Shown here: positions 37,801-48,900 of the stretch, one piece after another
Position numbering within the stretch: the first letter of the stretch is position 1
Layout of the letters: each line of letters opens with the position of its first letter
From: Minutocellus sp. GHC0000111
Taxonomy: Eukaryota
NCBI GenBank assembly: GCA_977018835.1
Contig: OZ361258.1
Span: 2,418,001 to 2,482,000, forward strand
Length of the DNA: 64,000 nt
Reading direction: 5' to 3'
Made by a program: the position numbers and the translations under genes
The notes under the pieces: model-generated
What the model was told of the DNA's origin: nothing
Database searches by the model: none
Seen by the model: only the letters and a program-made list of their open reading frames with translations

Positions 37801-37996
37801 TGCTAAGAGGTCCTAAAGCTAAGCTAGATAGACATAGCTAGTAGAGGTTAATAGGACCTACGTAGATGAAAAATGGGCCATCGGAGATGTCGTTGGCCCA
37901 TGGATCAATGGTCAGGAGAGGGCACTGAGTCAGTGGTCTGATCACCGTACGTACCGCACGCATGTGTACGTACGTACGTATCCCACGGTGTCAACA
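37801..37996 (-). repeat. 5' LTR (196 bp)
   Basis: Direct repeat of 34522-34718, followed by the TSD CAACT. Confidence 0.95.
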
Positions 37997-39120
37997 CAAC
38001 TGTTCTTCATGTTCTGTCTTTCTTTCTTCTTTGATCCTGTCCTTTGATGATGGCTTTAATTGCTAACACGCTGTTGAGTGTAGTCGTGCGGAGAGAGCCA
38101 TCTGCCGCTGGTGCCGTGTGTCGGTCATCAGGCCAAGAGTCGCGTTTGCCGGCTCTTGCAGCAGAGCAGCACGCTCTCGTGGTCGGCTGATCGCGCTCTC
38201 TCCAGTTTCGCTTCCACGGCGCAAGTGGCACGGCAGCCGGTCCAGTTGGGGACGGGCGCATGCTCATCGTCTTGGCAGGCTGACCGAGCGGTGACCACAC
38301 GAGCACTTCCCTCTCGGAGCTTGCTCCGTCGTGCATTGGTGATGCGCGCGCCGCCGATCGGGACTGCACACCCCGTCGCCGACACACGCACACCACAGCA
38401 CACACATTTTGTGGTTCAGGATGACCACCACCAGAAAAACGGTGTCGGAGCGCTCGCATGGACCACCTACCTGCTTAGACCAGCGCGTCGAGCGCAAGCG
38501 CTTGCTTTTCGGCCTGCCTTCGTGAGACTCTTCTTTCTTGGCACGACTTCAACTTTTGGGCGTTGTTCGGAGCATCACTTTCTCCCCAACATGGCTCGAG
38601 AACGAAGTGGACTTTGAGAACAGGCCTTGGCTTGTCACAACTCTGCCAATGCTGAGATTTTGTGACCCCCGTTAAACAACGAGAGCAAAACTGTTGTTTT
38701 TTTTGTGGAGACTCAAAACTTTGGGGAGAAGCACTAGCACAACTCTGTTCCAAAAGCGTGTGATCTCATGCAGTGAGCGGTTGACGGAAAGACCGTTTTT
38801 GACTTTGGGCGAAAATGTCTCAAATCAAAGACAGGACCACCACCTGAGATTGGAACAAGCCCCTGGTCACCACCACCTACCAAGCAACTGAAGGAACTGA
38901 GCAGAAGACTGTCACTTCTCTGGCAGCAACTTGCACAGAACATCCACCATCGTGTGGGGTCAATCGGCCAATGTTTTGTGCCATGCCTGTAGCTAGAGCA
39001 GTGTTTCCCGTTGACAAGCAGCGCATGGCACACTGCACTCCTACGTAGCATTGATGCCTAAAGGTTGGGGCCAGGTTCTCGGGATTTTTACAAATCTATT
39101 TTTCGACTGTTTTTGCTGAT

Positions 39121-39192
39121 GGCGGTGTGGCGCAATGGTAGCGCGTGGCACTCCTAATGCCGAGGCTGTGGGTTCGAGTCCCATCACTGTCG
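39121..39192 (+). tRNA. tRNA-Arg (anticodon CCT)
   Basis: Cloverleaf: GGCGGTG/CACTGTC acceptor stem, GCGC/GCGC D-stem, TGGCA-CTCCTAA-TGCCG anticodon arm, GTGGG-TTCGAGT-CCCAT T-arm. A T-run terminator follows. Four G-U pairs. Confidence 0.9.
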
Positions 39193-39897
39193 TGCTTTTT
39201 TCTTTTATTTTGCACGCCGCTTGGGTCTCGAACTGCACTAGCCCGTAAGCCTGCCCGTCACAACTTTTCGTTTCGGCGATAACCTACTTGTAGATCTACA
39301 CCAACGTGCATGTTGCCATGCACCCCCAGCTGCCCATCATCATGACCCTCACTCTGGCGGCTCCTCCATCGTGTCTAGCCACATGCAGGGAAAAGGAAAA
39401 AAGAAGGTTTTGAGCTTTCTGAATGAGCAAATCTTTGGGCAAAAAATGGAGCACGAGAGCTTTCTGAATGAGCAAATCTTTAATTGGGAGAGCAGCTCAA
39501 ACGGAGCTCTGGTTGGCGAGTTGTGCCCCCGTTGTTGAGAGTGCAACGTGCTGGATTGCGTCTGCGACAGACATGAAAGTTGCTCAGCCTAGTGCCAAAT
39601 TTTCTTGCCTAAAATTAATCTGCTTCGCAACTTGAGCAGATTGCTAATTGTGAGCCTTTCCTCCTAGGGAAATGAGGAGGATCCTGAGATCCTAAAAAAA
39701 GGTAAGCCTAATGCAGTCAATCTGTTGCATTGAGCACGTCTGTTGTGAACGCACGAAAAATGCCGTGGCCCACCAGCGAAAAATTCAAGAAAACGGGACC
39801 AAACGCTGGAAAAAATGTCACGATGATGAGGGCTGCCCACCATGCCCATCCTCCACCCCAAGCCCCCTCCTCCCCGACCCCAACAACTCGCAACGCG

Positions 39898-41847
39898 ATG
39901 TCCCTCGACGAATCCAACTCCCTCCGGCTGCACGTCGATCCCTTCTCGGGTGCTGCTGGCGACATGTTCCTTTCAGCAGCCCTCGACGCTTCGCCCGACC
40001 CGACGGCATTGCTCTCGCACGTGCAAACCTCCCTCGCCGAGGGCATGCCGGACATTGCCGACGAGTTCCGCATCCACACCAAGCGCGTGTGGCGGGGTGG
40101 GATGGGAAGCATCGCCGCCACGCACGTGACGGTGTGGAGCAAGTGGGGGGAGGAGGCGGCTCCCGTCCCCGCAAAGAGTGACGAGGGTGCCGATGATGAT
40201 GTAGATGACGAAGCCGCCGCTGCTGACGATGCTGCCTCCTCCGATACTCGCACCACCGATGCTGCCCACTCTCATGGTCACCACCACCATCACCACGACC
40301 ACTCTCACAAGGCCGAGGGTGATGAAGCGCACCAACATAGCCATGGTCATCACCAGGTCACATCATCAGACAATGCACCAGTAGCAGCCGATACAGATGC
40401 ATCTCAGATGGCGCATTCGCATTCGCACTCGCACTCGCATGCACATTCGCACTCGCATGCTTATTCGCACTCACATAGCCACGGCCATCAGCACCAACAC
40501 CACCACGGCCACGACGATCCATCTACCGGCGGACCACTCCGTTCTCTTCCCGAAATTCGTCAATTGCTGGAAGCAGCCGATCCAGCCCACATACCACCCC
40601 AAGTGGCCTATTTGGCCCTGTCGGTATTCACCGTCCTCGCTCGTGCCGAGGCTTCCGTCCACGGCGCCGCCACGTCGGATGCCGTCCACTTTCACGAGGT
40701 GGGGGCCATCGATTCCATAGTCGATACCATCGGAACCCTGCTGGCGCTGCATAAGCTGGGCATTGATCTGGGAGACAAAGCAGCGGGACGTCCACCGGCC
40801 GTATCGTGCGGGGCATTGCCGGCGGGTACTGGGTCGGTTTGGACGCAGCATGGGCAGCTGCCCGTGCCAGCCTTTGCCGCCATGAAGCTGTTGGTGGGGA
40901 TGCCCATGTGCCCAGGTCCGGGAGCGAAAAGTGGGACTGTAACGGGAGAGCTGGTAACGCCTACGGGTGCGGCATTGCTGAGAGTTTTGACTGGGGTGGA
41001 GGGGATTGATGCCAACATTGACGAAGATGGCAAGGGTTCCTCTTCCTCCACAGCTGCTGGCAATCATATGTTTCCCGACTTTACTCCGATCGCCATCGGG
41101 CTTGGGGCCGGTAGCAAAGATTTTGTCAAGTGGCCCAATATGATGAGGATTATTATTGGAAATGGCGAAGGAGGACGACCAAGAACAATGGTGGAACCGT
41201 CTTCACAGTCTCGTCATGCTTCATCGAATGTCTCGTCATCTTCCGTAGAGTCGGTGGCAAATTCGACAAGCAACAGCAGTGGATATGATGCCAAGAAAAT
41301 TGAAAGCAGCGTTGCTTCAGTTGACAAGCAAACGCCACTGCCGCACTCCAAATCTTCATCTTCAAATTTGTGGAACACCGACTTTGTGACGCAAATAATT
41401 GCCAATATCGACGACATGTCGCCAGAGCACTTATCGCATGCCACGAGTATTCTACTCGATAATGGCGCCTTGGACGTTTGGACGCATCCAATCATGATGA
41501 AGAAGGGCCGGGTTGCCCAATCACTCAATGTTTTGTGCAAATCGGACGACGAATCGTCTGGGCGTCTTTTGGAACTTATATTCCGCCATACGACGACGCT
41601 TGGGGTTAGGATCGAACGGAACATTGAACGAGCGACGCTGCAAAGAAAGTTTGTCAAGGTTGTCGTGCCCTGCAATGATTCGACATCTGGAGAGATTGCA
41701 GTCAAAGTTGGCATGCTCGGAGGCAAGATTGTGTCGTGCAAGGCCGAGTACGACGAATGCGCCGAGCTGGCGATTTCGACTGGAATGCCGGTACAAGATG
41801 TTGCTCGAAAGGCTGAACAACTTGCGAAGGAAAAGCTTGGCGCCTAA
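39898..41847 (+). CDS. larC: LarC / DUF111 nickel-insertion (nickel-pincer cofactor) protein with a His-rich insert; start may be upstream (39769)
   Basis: DPFSGAAGDMFL.A.LD, LARAEASVHG..VHFHEVGAIDSIVD, HGQLPVPA, ELVTPTGAA, NIDDMSPE..GALDVW..PIMMKKGR, TTTLGVR and KAEYDEC motifs. Confidence 0.9.
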   Translation: MSLDESNSLRLHVDPFSGAAGDMFLSAALDASPDPTALLSHVQTSLAEGMPDIADEFRIHTKRVWRGGMGSIAATHVTVWSKWGEEAAPVPAKSDEGADDDVDDEAAAADDAASSDTRTTDAAHSHGHHHHHHDHSHKAEGDEAHQHSHGHHQVTSSDNAPVAADTDASQMAHSHSHSHSHAHSHSHAYSHSHSHGHQHQHHHGHDDPSTGGPLRSLPEIRQLLEAADPAHIPPQVAYLALSVFTVLARAEASVHGAATSDAVHFHEVGAIDSIVDTIGTLLALHKLGIDLGDKAAGRPPAVSCGALPAGTGSVWTQHGQLPVPAFAAMKLLVGMPMCPGPGAKSGTVTGELVTPTGAALLRVLTGVEGIDANIDEDGKGSSSSTAAGNHMFPDFTPIAIGLGAGSKDFVKWPNMMRIIIGNGEGGRPRTMVEPSSQSRHASSNVSSSSVESVANSTSNSSGYDAKKIESSVASVDKQTPLPHSKSSSSNLWNTDFVTQIIANIDDMSPEHLSHATSILLDNGALDVWTHPIMMKKGRVAQSLNVLCKSDDESSGRLLELIFRHTTTLGVRIERNIERATLQRKFVKVVVPCNDSTSGEIAVKVGMLGGKIVSCKAEYDECAELAISTGMPVQDVARKAEQLAKEKLGA

Positions 41848-41960
41848 CTATGCCGCTACTAGAATAGAAATAGAGTGCTACGTAGCTATTAGCTGATATC
41901 AACACCAAAACATTTCTACTAGTGTGCTACTTTTTTGAGACTATTCCTAGGTCCGTTCTT

Positions 41961-43756
41961 TCAACTCAGCACCGGCCGAGTTCTTGTTGAACCAAGCATG
42001 ACTGCCGATGCTCTGTGGATGTCTTCCTCGACCGTGTGCTCTGGAAGCTCAGGGCATGACTTTGTATCAATCTTATCCATACGAAAAAGTCCAAGGCAGC
42101 ATGCCATGTCTTCATTTTCAATGACAACGCCAACATCGATGCTGACAGAGTAGAGATACCGTTTCGCGAGGGAAGCAGCGGTGTGAAGGGCCTTATCCGA
42201 AGTGCAATCAATATCCAACCCAAGTAATGGCGCCTCGCCCCCTCGACCTTCGTCGAGATGCCATTGCATCGGAAGATATTCAGATCCAACCTCATATTCT
42301 TCCCCTGGAGATGCCATCATCCTTATTGGCAGCGGCCCTTCGACAAGGCAGGGCCTCAACGAAAATTGCTGTGTCTTTGTTCTGAAGAGGCTTTCAAGAA
42401 TCTTTTCGGAGCGACCTCGTCAGAAGTGTCGCCCTCTTTGACTTCAAGACTACTCGTCGAGTCCGTAAACCAAGGTGGCATTGCAAAATATGCAACGAAA
42501 TTAGCCCAAGGGAGCAGGCAATTAATAAAAAAGGTCGGCTTGGTCCGCAAACCAACTTCTTTCAGAGGCGTCAATAGCCAGATTCGTTCTTGGGGGTTTC
42601 CATCAGTTGTGAGAAATATATCAATTCCACGTAAATGGAAATATGGATCGATAATTGCGTCGCCCTTTCTTTTCGTTGGTTGTGCCTTGTCAAAATCAAT
42701 TGGTCCAAGCTGAACACTTCCTTTGCTATCAATGCTGCCCTTTACTTCAAGAGGTGCAGGCATACGCGCTCCCGATAACTCAAAAGATTTGACATCATCG
42801 TCCCTGGGTGATAGTGGCGTTGCCCTTCCCGATCTTTTGAATTTGGGGTTCCGCAACAAGCTCTGCACAAGATCACTCGACCTATCGAGATTCTCCTTCC
42901 AGAAAGGTTTTGGAGTGCGGCCTGACGGTAGCTTTTGCAAGGAGGACCTGATTGACGTCTGAAGGTCGCCCCTCGACATGCGCACCCCAATTTTAGGCCC
43001 AAAGTTGATATTCGCCTTGGTCAGGTTACCGACAAGAGAACGGAAGAAAGTGTGGGTCTGTGTGACTTGATCCCCTCTAAAACTTCCCCTGAACGAATCA
43101 GAAATGAATTGCTTTTCATCATCAAATGAAACTGCTTTGGAACTGCTTGTCTTGTTGGGCTCCGGTATGCTTTCTCCCCGGATACATAAGTTTTTACTCT
43201 CTCTGCCCAAGAGAAAGGCCAATAGAATGAGTGATGCGCACGCTTGCGTTGGAACCACTTGCCCATCCGACACCAAAGGCCTATGTGATTTCAACAAGCA
43301 CAAGGTTGCGGCCAATGAGGGGACAATCATCAACAACGTGGAGTCTCGAAATAGAAATTCCGATATTGGGCCAAAGGTGAGAATCGATGTCTGGGTACAC
43401 TGAGATTCAGCATCTGGCCTGGCTTCAGTACGAGTAGGAAAGATCGGTGTGCTTTCTTTCGGAGACGATGAGGCATAATTAGGAGAGACGGTGCCATCGG
43501 GATTCGAAGGCGTCGTCGCGGAAAATCCAGGCTTTGCATCCACCGAGGCAGTCGAATCAACGGCCGATCGCTTGTTCTTTATGAACGGGACACTGGCTGC
43601 TCGGCCAAGGAGGCTGGTACCGGCTTGGATGCCCTCATTCACAATCCGAAGGACCGGTCGACCACCTCCCTGTTTTTTTGTTGCGCCCCTCGCCTCTTGA
43701 ATCGATGAGCTGCTGCTCTGATCCTCTTGCTTATTCCCATCAGTCGGCGTTGGCAT
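41961..43756 (-). CDS. EDR2-like C-terminal (DUF1336) domain membrane protein; 1-bp frameshift near 42359
   Basis: FHLRGID.F, PTFFINCLLPWANFVAYF, LVEGPLPIRM and SIDVGVVIE motifs. Two TM segments upstream. Confidence 0.65.
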
Positions 43757-44135
43757 GGCTAAAAGAAATGATTTTCTACAACATTCACGTACAGTGGTAA
43801 GCGAGCGAATGCCGAATCTTCTATCAATTGGCCGGTATTCTACTCACACCTGAGGCTTGAAGGGAAGGCAAGGTTGCAAGGTCGCGCGCAGCTTTCGATT
43901 TCTTTTCTTTCGCTTCGGGTCTGTCCGTCACCCGAGTACGGGTTCAATCTGCGCCGTCGTCCGAGTATTGGAGAGGCTGCGATGGCGAGTGCCGATGCCG
44001 AGAGTCAGAGAGAGAGTGTATGGTGCACTAGCTAGCAGCAGCTGAGTAGCAGTAGGTTTCTAGCTCTCTAGGCGAGTTGCTGAGTGCTCCTGCCTTGCCT
44101 TTTGGTCTGTTCTCCGCGGTGGCGAAGGTTCTGCG

Positions 44136-45074
44136 ATGGCAGAAACAGGTGATAGGCAAGATCAACTTGAACTGCTGCGCCGGGCGGTCGACGAAGTAGA
44201 CGTCCTCCAGGCGATTTATGGCGATGCCCTCGGTGATGACGACGACGATGTCGCCTCATCTTTTCGAGTCATCTCCGCATCTCAGCTCGAGAGCGCGCGA
44301 TTACTTTTAGAAGGCGATGATGACGCAGCTGCTGGTGCAAGTATTCCAAGGCAGCTTGAGGTCGAACTGTGCATTCCAATTGGTGTTGCATTGGGAGGTG
44401 GGTCGGATGATGATGGCGGTAGTGCAACTATACGATGTCGAATGCAGCCAGGTTACCCTGAAACTGCAGCTGCCGTAGCGCTCATTTCTCTCGACGGGTT
44501 GCGGCGAACCTACAGAGATGACATTGCCAAAAAGCTGAATGAGCGTGCGGCTGAGTCGGCGTCGACTGGTCAGGAAGCAGTACTGGACGTTATCGATTAT
44601 TTTAAGGAGCTCGTTGCCCACTATGCGGAATGCGACGCAGCCAATAGTACCAATGATGCTGGTGCTGCTGACCCATCAGGCTCAGACGTAGCATCAGAAT
44701 GGGGTAGACGGTGGATATGGGTGCACCACGTGACCAATAGAACCCGTTGCAAAGCGATCGTGGAAGAGGCAAGGCACTTGAATCTGAGGGGCTTCCTTAA
44801 ACCGGGATATCCCGGCATTGTATGTATTGAAGGAAATGACCAAAAATGCGACGAGTATGTAACATGGATAAAGGGGAATAAGTCGCGACCTGGCGGATTT
44901 GGACGGAATTGGGGGCACCACGTCCGTGGCCATATCGAACCTGCCGAAAAGCTATTGCCTGACGACGATTTCCAAGAACTAGAAGAAGACTTGGCTGTTC
45001 TTGCCAGAATTTGCAGAGACTGCTTGCTTGAGGACGAATTCAAGGAATATGTTCTCCAGCACAAGGGAACATGA
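44136..45074 (+). CDS. RWD-domain plus DUF1115 protein (RWDD2-like)
   Basis: DEVDVLQAIYGD and PGYP (RWD); RRWIWVHHV..R.K.I...A..L.L.GF.KPGYPGIVCIEG (DUF1115). Confidence 0.85.
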   Translation: MAETGDRQDQLELLRRAVDEVDVLQAIYGDALGDDDDDVASSFRVISASQLESARLLLEGDDDAAAGASIPRQLEVELCIPIGVALGGGSDDDGGSATIRCRMQPGYPETAAAVALISLDGLRRTYRDDIAKKLNERAAESASTGQEAVLDVIDYFKELVAHYAECDAANSTNDAGAADPSGSDVASEWGRRWIWVHHVTNRTRCKAIVEEARHLNLRGFLKPGYPGIVCIEGNDQKCDEYVTWIKGNKSRPGGFGRNWGHHVRGHIEPAEKLLPDDDFQELEEDLAVLARICRDCLLEDEFKEYVLQHKGT

Positions 45075-45240
45075 AGCTAGATCTACATATCTATATGAAC
45101 GTGCAGTGCACTACAATATAATCAAACAAATTACTTATTACAAATCAGCAAACGCTAGTAGGAGTTAGGTGATCGTTGCTTCAAACAAATTACTTTACGT
45201 AAGATAATATAGCATAACCATTTCTTTCCCAATCTCTCGC

Positions 45241-45939
45241 TCATGGTGATCCTGCATTTACGGCTGTCGCTGCTTTGTGTCGATTGTCGTGGTCTGCAGC
45301 GGCCGTCTTGTTGGGATCGATCGGCGCATTGCAGTTGGCATTTGTAACCGCGGGCGTATTGTTTTTCAAGCAAACAGATTCGACAATATCGCCGGCGCCT
45401 TTTGCAATGCCAGTATTATGTTTTGTGACATTCACCTTGCACTGCTGCTCAGATTCAACGTTCCCAATTTGTACCTCAACTTCGGCGCGAACACTCTCGC
45501 TGTTGGCATCGACCAGCGATCGTTTCCGTTGACGAGGACAATCTCCCACAACGGTCCGCTCGATGTTGATCTCATCGACCAGTGTCTTATCATGGCGAGT
45601 CCTGGCGACAAATTTGTGTGACACGTAGGTGAATAGGTATGCAACGGGCGAATACCATTTCTCAAAGGCCCCCATCCGATTTTCTGGGTTGGCAGCGGGG
45701 TTGACACCAAGGTGAAAGGAATGGTGTTCATGACACGCTGCGGGGTTGGCTGGGTGGTGGATCTGGGCTGATAAATCGCTCGTTGGGTCACCAGGCGTAA
45801 CTAAGGCAGCTATATTTTCAGCAGCGACCTTCTCATCACGAATCGTCTTGTCGAGCTCGGTGCCTTGAATCACATTGAGATAGTCCTTTGGCATGGGATG
45901 GCCAGTGTCCGTGTTGTAGTCTGTAGCAACCAGCAGTTC
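45241..45939 (-). CDS. Hypothetical protein; looks like a terminal exon lacking upstream exons
   Basis: Open frame of about 230 codons preceded by a strong acceptor TTCTTTCGTTTCTCCTCACTAG. No domain recognised. Confidence 0.4.
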   Translation of the reverse strand, partial: ELLVATDYNTDTGHPMPKDYLNVIQGTELDKTIRDEKVAAENIAALVTPGDPTSDLSAQIHHPANPAACHEHHSFHLGVNPAANPENRMGAFEKWYSPVAYLFTYVSHKFVARTRHDKTLVDEINIERTVVGDCPRQRKRSLVDANSESVRAEVEVQIGNVESEQQCKVNVTKHNTGIAKGAGDIVESVCLKNNTPAVTNANCNAPIDPNKTAAADHDNRHKAATAVNAGSP

Positions 45940-45961
45940 TAGTGAGGAGAAACGAAAGAAT

Positions 45962-48900
45962 TTGACGAACCTAATGATGCAATTGGGAAGAGAAATATAT
46001 GTTGCCTTTGCTGGGGAGGATCCTTTACAAGCCGGTGGAGAGGGCGGAAATCATGACATTGGCGGAACTGACGCAGCTAGTCATAATGAGGACGAAGATG
46101 CGGACGAAATGTCACGGCCGGCGAAGAAAAAGTCCGGAGCCGCCGCCTCGTCTTCGCAGACGGCATCACCTGAATATATACCCTTACGACATTTGTTCTT
46201 CCCGGTCTCAGTATGCACTTTGGTCTCAGCCCTTCTTGACCTGAGAGAGGCCGACATATCGCAGCTTCCTGATGAATGTTACTATCGTTCGCTCGAGGAC
46301 GTTGATGAAGATTTGCGGCTCATGCTGGACAGTCCCGAAAAATACCTCACTGATGCCGATCCTTCGCCCCGGATGGTGCTCACGGACGACCCCAACAGGA
46401 GGCTATATGGGCGCGATGCTCAGACATCAGAGTTGATGGCCGCTTTGGGTAGATCTTTCAGCACAGTTGGTCAGCCAGAAATGGTGTTTGTAAGGGGTTA
46501 TCCAGGAGTTGGTAAGAGCGTGCTCGTAAAGCAGATGCTGACCCCTCTGCGAGACGAGCTCGGTGGCGGCATGGCATCTGCTGCATTCAGTCAAGGGACG
46601 CAGCCTATAAGTGTCATCTTCTCGGCGTTTGATTCGTACTTCCGACAGCTTTGGCTTACTGGGGATCAAAAGTTGGAAGACGCCCGAGATAGAATCCAAT
46701 CTGCACTGGGTGATAAGAGCGATGTCCTGGATGAACTTATTCCATCACTGCCCTTGCTTCTGGGTCCGCCTCGATCCTCCTCGCCGATGTCGATAGACTC
46801 AATAGAGGGATCACAGGCGCTCCAACGCATTGTGCACTACCTGCGAATTCTTATCAAGTGCCTCGCCGGGCCGGCCCACCCTCTCATATTATTTTTAGAT
46901 GACCTTCAGTGGGCAGATCGTGCAACTTTGGACCTGTTATCTCAGATTATGTCTATCCCTGATCTGACTTCCTTTGTGTTTGTTGGGACTTATCGCGAAA
47001 ATGAGGTCGATGATAGGCATCCTGTTGCATTGGAAATATCGCGGTACAAGTCAGAGGGTATGAGTGTTACAACTATCGAGGTTGGAAATCTTGACAGAGC
47101 GAGCATCAACTCTCTTTGTTCTGACTCTTTGCAATTATTGCCACGAGTTACGAAGCCTCTGGCAGAAGTTGTCTATCACAAAACGCAGGGTAATTCCCTT
47201 TTTACTCTCTCATTAATGAAGGCTATACAAGAAGAAAATATGCTCTTCTACTCTGCCAATGCTCGAAGATGGGTTTGGAACATTGCTGCAATTCGTTCTC
47301 GGCACATTGATAATGATGTTGTCTCACTATTGACAAGGAAGATGCTCAAGCTTGATCGAAACATGCAGTGGTTGCTCAGAACAGCCTCATGTTTTGGGAC
47401 AGAATTTGATATTGCATTGCTCGAGCTTTTGTCCTCAGATACGAAGGCGACCGATACAATTGCGCTCGCCAACATGGCGGTCGAGGAAGGTTTTCTTCAC
47501 AGGGAATTATCAAGTTTAGACTACAGATTCGTCCACGATCAAATTCGAGAGGCGGCATATTCAATTATACCTGAATCAGAGCGTGAAACGCTCCACCTCT
47601 CCATTGGACGGCAGCTTATGCAGCAAATGCCACCGCAGGAAGTCGAAGGCAACATTTTTGCCATTCTCGGTCAGATCTTCAAAGGAATTTCACTCGTAGA
47701 AGACCATTCCGAGAAGCTTTCTATCGCAAAATTCTGCCTTGTCGGAGGAGAGAAGGCTACATCTACGGCATCGTTCCCGTTTGCTGCAAAATATCTTGCC
47801 CAAGGATGTCAATTACTTTGCGGTAGAGACTGGGGTATAGATTATGAATTGGCATTGCAGTTGCACACTGGCGCAGCGAATGCTCTCTTGGCCATCGGCG
47901 ATTATGAGAGGATGCTCTGCATTGTTGAAAAGGTTCTTGCTCAAGCGAGAGTATTTTCGGATAAATTCCCTGCCTACTACGCAATGATCTACGGTGGTGA
48001 GTATTGATTTGTATTTTTCTTTTCTGTCTTCTTGGACCCGTCTCCATCTCACCTCTGGCAAAAATTTCATCTTCCCTTTTTATCCAACTGGTAGCTGGTA
48101 CGCAAGGCAAAGTCAACGAAGTCGTTAGATATTCACTCGACATATTGGGAGATCTGGGTGTTAGTGTACCAGCCAAACCCGACATGACGGGTGTTCGTGA
48201 TTGCTACAAGAAGGTGGTATCAAAATTAAATATCGAAACCGACAACGTCGATTTTGTGCGGCAGCTTCAAGCTAGAAAAGCAAAAGATCCACATAAAATT
48301 GCTGCCATGAGGGTACTTACAATGCTCAGTCGATATGCATTCATCTCAAATCAGCTGCTTGGCATGATGGCTACATTGACCGGCATTACGATTTGTCTTG
48401 ACAGTGGCACTACGAAAGACTCGGCATTACTTTTCGCCATGCTGGGCTCGACCGCGGTCATCCTTGATGATTATGACGAGGGATACAAATTTGGCAAAGT
48501 AGCTCTTGCTATGCTACAAGAATCCAACGACGAGACAATGTTACCGCGAGTTTACATGATTGTGTATGGTCTCGTCAACATCTTTGTCGATCCCCTACAA
48601 GCTGGGCTGGAGCAGCTCAAATATGGATACGAAATTGGCCTCTCGGTCGGCGACACTGAGTCTGCATTTACAAACGTTTGGTTGTACGTTGTTTCTGCGC
48701 TGATTTGTGGACGGCCTCTTGTTGGCCTTTCTGAAGAAATTACCTCTTATTTGATTGGCATGAGGGCGTACAAAAACCACATGCAGCACCTCTTGCTTCC
48801 ATACGGCCAAAGTATTCTCAATTTGATAGGAAATACGGTTCCAGATAGCATCAGCCAAGCTGGAACTGAAACTGACAAAGATTCACCCTACGTCCTCAAA

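Larger units (their letters stand above)
34522..37996 (-). mobile_element. Ty1/Copia (CoDi-type) LTR retrotransposon, internally deleted (no RT), non-autonomous
   Basis: Two LTRs (TGTTGA...TTAGCA on the minus strand), 5-bp TSD CAACT at 34517-34521 and 37997-38001, PPT-like GCGAGGGTG before the 3' LTR, and gag-protease-integrase-RNase H tail order. Confidence 0.95.

Noticed and set aside
39121..39192. tRNA-Arg as the primer for the neighbouring Copia element
   Set aside because: No complementarity between this tRNA and the PBS GACCTACGTGATG.
39412..39481. Exact 25-bp direct repeat GAGCTTTCTGAATGAGCAAATCTTT (two copies, 20-bp spacer)
   Set aside because: Real, but only two copies and no element boundaries or function can be supported.
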